This document shows, in pieces, positions 30,101 through 39,000 of a DNA stretch of 64,000 nt. Where the stretch lies: NCBI GenBank assembly GCA_002099625.1, contig GCA_002099625.1_4857.1; one strand, given 5' to 3'. Numbering within the stretch: position 1 is the first letter of the stretch; every line of letters begins with the position of its first letter. The DNA is from Escherichia coli. Lineage in GTDB: Bacteria; Pseudomonadota; Gammaproteobacteria; Enterobacterales; Enterobacteriaceae. The notes below the pieces were generated by a model. The model was not told where the DNA came from, made no database searches, and worked only from the letters and a program-made list of their open reading frames with translations. Position numbers and translations under genes: made by a program.

Positions 30101-31349
30101 CGCCGTACGTCTCTTTAGGATTGTACGGGTTGGGTAAGTTTACGAAACGTTTAGAAGATTCGTTCAGAAACTGATACGCTTTGGCGGTGACGCGGCCCGC
30201 TTCTGCCAGGCGCTCAACTTCCTGTTTAATCACAGCATCGTGTGGGATGGTGCGTTCTACGACGATGGTGGTTGGTTTGACATCTTCTTTCGGCGCTTCG
30301 ATGACCAGATCTTCTTTCTCATCGAACTCATGATCGTTCAATGTATCGTCAACGTTGTCGCTTTGTGTTGCTTCATCGTCGACGATATCGAGGCTTTCTT
30401 CCGGTTTACTGGCAACGGTTTCAACAGCATCGTCGTCCTCTCCCAGATGTACGCGTTCATCCCCTTCCGGTGTAACGAACTCGTCATCTTCGTAGTCGGT
30501 AGACGGCGGTGTGGTCATCACCGTAGTCAGTGTACGGTAGAACATTCTGCCCATCTGCACGTCAGTCAAACGACCACCGGCAGACTTACGCATTCTTTCA
30601 ATTACACCCATGTTCATGGATGTAAAACCACCGTTGTGTGTGAAGATAAAGTTCACACGAGACAGCTGGTTCATGTCCATACCGTCGAACAGGGTTGCTT
30701 GCTGATCGCCGTAAGCCCAACCGAACAGTTCCAGTAACCACAGCAGGTTAAAGTCTTTAAAGTGTTCCAGTTTGGTTTTAACACGATCGTTATACGTCAT
30801 TTTAAAACGATCAAAAGAAGGCAGTACGTTACCCAGTTCGATGATGTAGTAGTTCTGACGCATGTACTCACGTGAGTCAGTTTTCATCTGGTTAGTTATC
30901 AGCAGCTGAATGTTGTGCAGACGTTCGTACCAGGACATTAAAGTATCTGGGTAGAAATAATGCGGCAGCATCGGAGTGTAGTTTTCGATGAGCAGCACTT
31001 TCGGATCGGAACGTACCACGCCGTCTTCAATCATGCGACGAATACGACGGTTGTTACGATGGTACTGGAAGATTTGGCGCTCTTGACCAACAACCGGTTT
31101 CTTACGCGGGTGGCCAATAATGCCGTCTTCAGGCAGCTGGAAGTGGTGACGAATCATCGCCGGTTTTTCCAGCTGACCAAAACATGGTGTGGTTAACGGT
31201 GGTGCTAAAACCACCTGGTCTAAATCGATGGTGTGGTAGATAGAACCACGTGGGAGCTGGAGCTTCTCCAGCGGGATAATACGCGGACGACCGAACTCAT
31301 CGGTCTTGCGCACGGTAAAGCGCTGGTTAAACTGTTTCAGAAAAATCAT
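27144..31349 (-). CDS. Multisubunit RNA polymerase beta-like subunit (1401 aa)
   Basis: C-terminal region IEGEEVIEDSNAISERF resembles the bacterial beta-subunit active-site segment (NFEDAIxxSE); lies directly downstream of the beta-prime-like gene; assignment from eye-matched motifs only. Confidence 0.5.
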   Translation of the reverse strand: MIFLKQFNQRFTVRKTDEFGRPRIIPLEKLQLPRGSIYHTIDLDQVVLAPPLTTPCFGQLEKPAMIRHHFQLPEDGIIGHPRKKPVVGQERQIFQYHRNNRRIRRMIEDGVVRSDPKVLLIENYTPMLPHYFYPDTLMSWYERLHNIQLLITNQMKTDSREYMRQNYYIIELGNVLPSFDRFKMTYNDRVKTKLEHFKDFNLLWLLELFGWAYGDQQATLFDGMDMNQLSRVNFIFTHNGGFTSMNMGVIERMRKSAGGRLTDVQMGRMFYRTLTTVMTTPPSTDYEDDEFVTPEGDERVHLGEDDDAVETVASKPEESLDIVDDEATQSDNVDDTLNDHEFDEKEDLVIEAPKEDVKPTTIVVERTIPHDAVIKQEVERLAEAGRVTAKAYQFLNESSKRFVNLPNPYNPKETYGEGLTIDPKKLEVKAEPKKIERLVTDEAWAENTTDQIIRQYNQEIFPKDILGAVASSQRLGLAIHNHTVEKEISVTGNIEHHTLRIQPIGGEPTTVRFSIPALTEDGTWVANGVEYTMRRQRVDLPIRKVSHDTVALTTAYGKNFVRRSDKVVNDYGRWLTNAIITRAVDPKNTEITDAKLANVFDPLSKLPRQYTEVARRVAAFNAIGYQWNFDIKQKAAFFNEGQLADADRVELVPVAKKPRSHVIVGMDKNSQLYRVDKDKTEPLGTLAEVFGVDTSKAPREMTELSLMGKSISLGFVFAYYLGLTGMLKHFGISYEVLSVGQRIDKSQFDSIIRLQDAKIAIVCENDQQRMIVNGLDRYIKHFTTYTESEVDREDIYLNLLRDADGLTPRYIKELKLMRTAFVDDMHARILRKMGEPETFIGLLERSNELLQTDHTLPEINGDEMMFIGNQRISYHIYTAMVRAMRNYNNAPNSNRKFELTQDMVWGAINSDPSVLLAPGANPVQNIKEKDVVTMGGTGGRNRKTMVYSTREFQPSDLGIVSGNTVDNGDVGITAFATNNPRYDTVDGTTFKKDLDKLKPGEALSFIDGLVPDTLMDDAKRQNFVGIQFGSATSCVGATTTPYRTEQEKFVAHRTSVKHARVIDKPGKIVEVLNDHVKIKYDDGEEEAFPLGRWFGPHEGTYYPHTLVTKWKRGDKLPAGAVITYNEQHFEPDIYDPTQVSFKNGILATVALIEGEEVIEDSNAISERFAAKAEADVTKLKEVTMTFTQNLLEMVKEGDHVDVDSILCTFTDNLTGDMSGFSKEAAETLRELSSFAPRSGVRGFIDKIEVVYHGEVEDMTPSLAEMVRKYDRIRRKTALALKRDEPKDGRVNGDFRVEGVPLAYNSLCVRFYITHRVEMAAADKMVIANQLKTTVQEVMYGTNKTEDGQELDIIFGRDSVDARIVGSIMRIGTTNAVGYRGGENIGRILDGEDVPALPAKIN

Positions 31350-31367
31350 ACATGTGCCTTATGGGTA

Positions 31368-32981
31368 TCATTTCAACAGCGCAGCAGTCGTTCTTTTAAT
31401 CACGTTGTTAACCGGATTGATTTTGAAACTGCCGTCTGTTGCAAACCAGTAGTTTTTCGAACTGACCCACTTCCGATTTTCCTCGAGCGCTTCGGTTGAC
31501 ATCGGGCAGTTTGCTGAGCCGGTGTCACCATCGTAGTCACCACCCAAGCCCCCTAATCGGGATGGGTGTGGTGCCATGGATTCCACAAAGGTTTTCACGG
31601 TACGGTCAGGGAAACTAATTGCACCCTTCTCTTTTAACGTGACCCAATCGTCTTCCAGTTCATGCAAATAGAGGGAAGAAGTGGTGGTCTCCAATCTTAT
31701 GGTCGAGGAGTAAGTCGAACCGCGTCCCGTAACCGGATAACGCGTGATGAACGAGAAGTAGTCATTCCAAATATCGTAACCTGACAAATAGAGGAGTTCC
31801 GCTAAGCTCAGTCCGCGGACAAGCTTACGGTCACGTCCTTCCGGCAGGTCTTCAATATCGTAAAAGATTTTGAAGCTGCGTTTGTCCTGGTAGATTAATG
31901 CCACGTAATGGTCCGGATCAATCATCAGCGGTTTATGTCGAAGCTCGCGCGCTTCCATTCTGTTGATGAGTGTTTCGATGCCATCGTCGGTAGTGAAAAG
32001 GTCATACACCCGCCCGGAGACTTCCAGGAACTCACGCTTGAGTGTTTTGGTGTTAACGCCGTATAAGTTGCCGTCCCCTGCCCGGATGTTACTGAGGTAA
32101 CGTTCACGGATGTGGTATTGAGCCACAGGCAGTAATGCCTTCAGGGTTTGGTACAAACCGATACGGGTATCCGTTGGACGAATCGCATCTTCGCGACCCA
32201 TGACCTTGGAACCGGTTGAGAATGAAGACAGTACGTTACGCGTACCGTTCATTAACTTACGTGACGTCACTTTACGACGTGCAAAACCACCTTTACCGTC
32301 TTGGATGTTGAAGAAGTACATCCAGATATCATTAAAGGTTTGTTGGAGCTTCCAGCGAACCGGGTCAGTCAGTTCCGTTCGCGTACTGCGGTCGGGGATT
32401 GCACGTGCCAGAGAAATCAGACGGCGGTAGAGTCCGCCAATCTCTTCTTCTTGGTCGCGGCCATCCTGACGAATGACCAAATCACGTAATCCCGCAGGCA
32501 GAACCAGCACATAGCGGCTGAGACTGACCGGACGGAACTTATTGAAGAAATCGACTGTCTCGTCGCGACGCATCGATTCGTTGCGTCCCGGTGTCAGTTG
32601 TTCGTAGTAGCGTAGGAAGAAGTTGAAGCCGGTGTCTGCACCTTTATCACTGGGCAGAGCCGGCTCGAAGTCTTTTTCTTTCTCATTCCAGATAGCGAAT
32701 CGCTTCCCGGAACAGATTTCTTCGTACAGCTGTTTCAGCTGGAACAATGCCAAACAAACGGTCGGCGAAATGATATCCAGTTTGATATCAATGTACGAGA
32801 ACGTTGAGTCTCGTGCTTCGCTCCCTGTGAGGCCAAAAATTTCGGTTGAATACAGTCCTTCAGGGTGAAAGTTTTTCGTCAGTCCCTGAAAGGTGTCTGT
32901 TGTTGTAACTGGTTTTAAATGCGACACCAGGGACTTGTTGACGTTTAACAAGTAAAAGTCAACCCAGTTTAGCTTTCTCAC
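31368..32981 (-). CDS. Multisubunit RNA polymerase beta-prime N-terminal-like subunit (537 aa)
   Basis: GGDYDGDTG about 465 residues in, matching the position of the beta-prime catalytic NADFDGD motif; N-terminal PEGLYSTEIFG resembles beta-prime RDGLFCARIFGP; GTG start with AGGAG ribosome-binding site. Confidence 0.6.
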   Translation of the reverse strand: MRKLNWVDFYLLNVNKSLVSHLKPVTTTDTFQGLTKNFHPEGLYSTEIFGLTGSEARDSTFSYIDIKLDIISPTVCLALFQLKQLYEEICSGKRFAIWNEKEKDFEPALPSDKGADTGFNFFLRYYEQLTPGRNESMRRDETVDFFNKFRPVSLSRYVLVLPAGLRDLVIRQDGRDQEEEIGGLYRRLISLARAIPDRSTRTELTDPVRWKLQQTFNDIWMYFFNIQDGKGGFARRKVTSRKLMNGTRNVLSSFSTGSKVMGREDAIRPTDTRIGLYQTLKALLPVAQYHIRERYLSNIRAGDGNLYGVNTKTLKREFLEVSGRVYDLFTTDDGIETLINRMEARELRHKPLMIDPDHYVALIYQDKRSFKIFYDIEDLPEGRDRKLVRGLSLAELLYLSGYDIWNDYFSFITRYPVTGRGSTYSSTIRLETTTSSLYLHELEDDWVTLKEKGAISFPDRTVKTFVESMAPHPSRLGGLGGDYDGDTGSANCPMSTEALEENRKWVSSKNYWFATDGSFKINPVNNVIKRTTAALLK

Positions 32982-33010
32982 TTTTAAGCTCCTGAATTGG
33001 AAGAAACATT

Positions 33011-36000
33011 ATGGCAAAAAGAGGCAAAGACGGTTTCGATGATATCGATTTAGATAGACTCGACGACTGGGATGATTTCGGTGAACCACCCCGTCCCAAA
33101 GACGAGAAAAAACGAAGCCCGATACTCAGTACCCTGAATGTTGCCAGGAAGTCGGCGTTGTCAACTATCTGGCCAGAAGGGAAACGCGACCAAGTTATCC
33201 TCAAGGGGATGCCTAAGCCGGCAGCTGATGCATACGAGGGCTATCAGTCAGCGGCAGCTGCAGCAAAGGACATTTACGCCCATACGAAAGGGGAGCTTGA
33301 GAAGACCGAGCGCACGCTGAAGATGCAAGCGCGTCAACTCGGTCCGACAATGAAGAAATACTTGCCGGATGCAGTTACTAAACGCTTCGACAAGTGGTCA
33401 AAATCTGACCAGTTAGATTACCAGAACTACGATCCGAATCAGGCATTGATGGATCGTGAACTGGGCGACGTATTCTCAGGTGTGCCAAAGGACGCCGATG
33501 AGCAACGTCAGCTGCAGGATCGCATGGTAGAGGACAAGCTCCGTGACAGCATCAAAGAGATGCGCGCGGATGCAATGCACCAAACCATGATTGGGATGGC
33601 GAAAGATATTAACCTGTTAACCGGGTTAAGCCGTGGGGTATTCTTAAACATCGAGCGTAAGAAGCTCGAATTGCAATACCGCACCCTGTTCGCCATTCAA
33701 GACATCGTGAAGATGAAGCAGTCGGAGTTCGATCGTAACACGCCTGCTTTAGAAGCCATCGTGAAGAACACGGCACTGCCGGATTACGCGAAGGAAGATT
33801 TCTCAGAAGTCCGTTGGGCGAACGTTAAACGCCAGGCTGCGGAATGGATGAACCCGTTGCGTTATGCTGACGGGTTTATGGACATGATTCGCGAAAATAC
33901 CAAGAAGAAAATTTCTGGTATATTTGGCGAAGGTCGTGGTTTGTTAGAGTCCGTTCTCGGCATGGGTGTTGAAGACGATTTCGGCATGAGCGATAGCTCT
34001 TCGTTGACTGCCGAACGTCGCAAAACAAATGCTCGCGATAAAGCAACTGCATGGGGTAGCGGATTCCTTGCGAAGAAACTACTCGGCCCACAAATCGAGA
34101 AACTCCAGAAATGGACTCGTGAGGAGATGGAGAAAAATCCAGAGGTCATGAAACGCCTGCAGAAGGGCGCGTTCACCTTTGGTAATCTTTCCTCTATCTC
34201 GAACTCAGCTATCGCAGGCGAAACGCAAGGACCGTTGGCGGATTTGTTCCGGGTATTGAATGAACTCGGTATTGTCCAACCGTTAAACCGCGAGAAAGCT
34301 TTTCTTGATGAGCGTAATGGCGAAACGTTAAGCCGTTCGGCGAAGTTTGACCGCAAAGCGTATCTTAGCATAGTTGAAGTTATTCCTGCCTGGCTGGCAG
34401 AGATTAACAAATCTGTTCGTCGTGGCTATGGCGAACATGCCGACCTGGAATATGACATCACCAGCCGTGGTTTCGTAGACCGCAAAGTGGTCGGTAATCG
34501 TGTACGAAAAGCGGTTGCAAATGATGAGCAGCGTCTGCGTCTTCAGAATTCCATTAATAGCACTGTGGATTTTGTTGACCGCGGCAAAACACTCTCGCAG
34601 AAGGATCGTCAGCATCTTGCCGACTATATTGAGTCGCGTGCCTCGCAGGGCCGTGCATTCGACGTAGAAGCAATTTTGAAAGACCCGATGCATCTTCATC
34701 GGTATATGCCAGGAAACTCTGCAGAACGCATTAAGGAAGCGTTACAGGGGCATTCTGATAGCCTGGTCGGTGGTAGCAACGAATTAAGTAACGAACTGGC
34801 TCGCAAAATCTCCACAGTGCAGTCATCTATCACCCAACGTCAGGCAATTATCGACGAGGCGGTGAATATTTACGGCGAGCGAGCGTTGCGTGATGCGGGT
34901 ATCTTTAACTACGACGCGAAGAGTGACACCTTCGGCGTGGATAAAGACCTGTCCGATCCCTATACCTTGTTTAATGACTTGGCGATGGGTAAGACACGCA
35001 GCGGGCGTGCATTGACTCGTGACCAGGAGATTCAACGTAAGCTGCAAAATGGTTCGGCGTTAGGCGACTATCTGCGCCGAATGAACCAAGGGGCAAGTGG
35101 TGGTGCCGATGACACGTCGTTACCGCCGGCTTTACGTGGCGGTGGTAAAGGCCGCGGAATGTCGCCTCGGCAGCTAGCCGCGGTTCTCTACGGTGAAACC
35201 TCGACTAACTTTGTTGAATTGTTGAGTCAACGTAACCGTGGCGAAGAAGCGCCACGGAATAACTTTGACGGTATCATCGAAGCGATTCGGGGTAACAACA
35301 ACAGTGACACCCTCCAGAAAATTCTGGAACACGTCAGAAGCATGGACGAAGAAGGGGTTCTCCTGGCTTCGTTAGCAGGGGGTGCTGGTTCTGGCGATGA
35401 AGAAATGGGCCCGCCTCGCCCTGGCGGTGGTAGCGGTGGCGGTAAACGCCGTCGTATTATCATCGGTGAGGATGGGCTTATTCGTCGTTGGGGTGGTGTG
35501 TTGTTCGACACCGCAACAGGAATCGGCGGCTTTGCAAAACGTGGTGTTAAGGGTGCCTGGAATAAACTGAACCAGTTCGGTGGCTGGGCACGCGGTAAAG
35601 TCGCAGGAATGGGTGGCGGAGAAGGTCCTGGTTTCTTAACCCGGATGCGTGGCCTTATTAGTGGTAGTGTCCGTGGGGGCTTTGAAGCAGTAAGCTCTTT
35701 CGGTAAAGGACTACTGGGTATCCGCGACATTTACGATGACCACGGTAATGTTGTTCTGCAGGGCGCACGCCTGGAAGCTGGGGAATACTACCAGGTTATT
35801 GATGGTAAGATGGTTCAGTTGAAAACACTGGACGACATCAAGCTGGGGAGCGACATTGTTGACTCCGCAGGTAATCTGGTATTAGCGGCCGCTGACTTAG
35901 CCGCTGCGGGTAAACTCCGCTACTATAAAGGCGGGAAAATCCAAGCACTGACCCAAGGTCTGGCCAGTAAGATTGGTTTAGGCTTTAATAAGGTGGCTAA

Positions 36001-39000
36001 GCTACCGAAAAGGTTCCTGGATTTCCTGTCACCAAAAGCGGGCAGCATCGTTGGTAAGATTAAGGACTGGCTGAACGAGATTCCGGAAGGCGAAGAAAAG
36101 ACACGTCTCCAGAAAGCGTTCAACCGTGTAACGAGCTTACCGGGTAAAGTGCTCGGTTTTGCGAAACGTGGTGTCGATCGTCTGAAAGACATGATTACCG
36201 ACAACCCACTGACGCGTTGGTGGAAAGGCCGTAAAGATGGTGGGGGTGGTGGTTTCAGTCTCTTCTCATCAACCGGCAAGAAAACCAACCACATCCTTAT
36301 CCGTATCTATAAACTGTTGAACCAACGTTTACCGGGAGATCCGGAAGACGAAAGTTGGACAGAGGAAATGGAGAAGGGCGTCGGGGGTGGCGGTAGTACG
36401 ATCGGTCGTGCAGTACGCGGGGCGTATGATCGTGCGAAAGCGTCATTGTCTGAACGTTTTGGTGGACGTTGGTCAAGAACAAAAGCGTTCTTTGGTCGTG
36501 GACGTGACCGCCTGCGTGGTTGGTTCAGTGGTTTCCGAGGCCGGGCTGGGGATATGCTCGATGGATATCGTGGAGCACGACACGACATTGCTACACGTTA
36601 CGAAGTTGAACGTCGGTTGGCTGGACGCGATGACGATGTTGCTGAGTTTTATCGCAGCCATTTGAACGCGAAAGGTGGCCTTTCTGGCCGTAAAGTCTAC
36701 GGCGATGCGAAGGAAGACCTTGAGACCGCACGTGATGCAGCAGGGAGGGTTATTAACAAAGGGAAGAATGCTGCCAAGTCTGCAGGTGCAAGGTTATTCG
36801 AACGCTTGGACCGAATGATTGGCTTGCAAGAGATGTCGTGGTTTAACACCATGCGCGAATCAGTATCCCGTGCAGGTGGTGACGATGGCATTATTCGCAC
36901 CATGTTTGCGAAGTTCGGTAAACGTAACAAGCCGCCTGAAGGTGATGAAAAACGCGACTACTTTAACTTCTTCAAACGTTGGCGTGAGAAACGTAAGGAG
37001 AAGAAAGAGAAAGCGCAGGGCTCCAAAGGGAAATCTGGCGGTCTGTGGGATATGGTGAAAGGCTTACCTATCATCGGCCCCATCGTCAGTATCTTGGGAA
37101 CTGTGGGTAATATACTCGGTTCTATCACGAAATGGGGGGTGTTAAAACCCGTAGGTCTTTTAGGTAAGGCTGCGTGGAACGTTGGTAAGTTCGCAGTAAC
37201 CCGTTTGGCGGCACCCGCGGTGTCCGCTGTGGCAACTGCGGCATCTGCCGTCGTGACAGCAGTGGGCTGGCCGGCAATTCTTATCGGTGGCGCGATCGCT
37301 GCGGCAGGTTACGCCGCGTACAAGATCGCAACGACTACCTATACCCAGTACCTGGATAAGATGCGTTTAGCTCAGTACGGTTTCCGTGATTACGATAAGT
37401 GGTCGTCGGACGACGGGGCGAAGGCGCGTTACTTAGAAGACGCATTGCGTGAGTATGTGTCTTACGCGGAAGATGGCCAAGCCAGTCTCCGCGGACTAAG
37501 TGGAAAAGACGTTCAGAAGTTAGCTGAAGGGTTCGGTATCAACGTTGAGGAAAAAGGCGAGATGTTGGCCTTCCAAGCGTTTATGCTTCAGCGCTTCATT
37601 CCGATTTATCTCCGCTGGATTACGGCACTGAAATCGATGCCGAACAGTATCCAGTTGGCTGACGTCGGCGATGCGAAGAAAGTATCGAAAGAGGACATGC
37701 AGACACTCTTCAACAAAATGAAGATGACTAAGGATGCAAAAGCGTTCTCTTCGTTAACTGACCCACGCAAAGTCAACCAAGGTTTCTTCTCGAAAGCTTG
37801 GGACGTTGTAACCTTTACACCGAAGGAGTTTTTGAGCGGTGAAGAGGTTATGGAAGTGCAGAATGAAGTTGAGCGTGCAATCAAGTTCAGAATGGACGAT
37901 AAGAAAGCACGTAAGTACGGAATGGCACCGGCTGTAGAGGGGATTAAGTCCGCGGGCGTTGATGAAGCTATCAACAAACTTGGACAGTTGGATAACGAAC
38001 GTAATAAAAATCTGGCGAAGGTAGAGGGTTGGGAAGACGGAACAGAGCAGGTTCAGATTCAGGTAGACTGGAATGCGGTGCTCGACCAGAAAGACATGAA
38101 TGCGATGGAGTCGGTACGTTGGAAGACTTATGGTTTTACCACCATCGACAACGCCACACGCACGTTGATTACGGTATTCGAGAAAAACGTCATCAAAGAC
38201 ATTGACGTGAAAACCGCAAGCTACAAAGGTGATTGGAAGAAAGCAATCGCCTCAATGGTTCCAGACGCTATCGGCACACCGAAAGAAGATCGTTTGAAGC
38301 GGTGGTTCTTTGACCGTTTCTTACCGGTATTCATGACGTACTTGGTTGGGGTGAAACGCTACCTGCCAACAGCTGATCCGCTGAACTTGAAACTGACCGG
38401 CGGTTACCTGTACGAAATCAGTTTGATGATGTCAACAGCTTATAGCTTGAAGGGCGGTATAAGACAGTCGGTGTGGGAAGTGAATATCAACCCATTAGGG
38501 GGCGATGCTAACACTAATCCGTCGTCTATCAAAGCCGAGCTGGAAACGCTGAAGCTGTTATCAAAAGAAGCTGACCTTGCCGTGCGTAACATGATTAAAG
38601 CCATTAAAAATAATGGCAAGCGTGCACGCTGGAAGGATCGTAACAAGAACCGCAGTTCTCTGGAAGTCACCGGTGAAGATGAAGAAGACTCGAACATCAG
38701 TTCGGGAGATTCTTTGTCATCTGACGGTGCTCGCGCCTCAGGCTACATTCCATCGGGCACGAGTGGCGGTGTGCCGGGTAACTTAGGTCAAGTCGTCGAT
38801 GCGGTTGGTGGTGTGCGGAACTACGCTGCAATGACCACTGGTTCGTCGTCGATTAACCTGAGTGATGTGAAAGACGGTGATTATAAGTCACTGGCTGAAA
38901 AATACCCGATAGAAATGTTGGGTAGAAAGGGTGCGTTGAACGTTCCGAATATCAAAGCATTGATTACCGATGCAGCGAACATGATGGGCGTGCCACCTGC

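Noticed and set aside
27144-31349. 1401-aa protein as a DNA polymerase
   Set aside because: No PolA or PolB motifs (DxxSLYPS, YGDTDS) seen; beta-like EDxxxISE segment and neighbouring beta-prime-like gene favour an RNA polymerase subunit.
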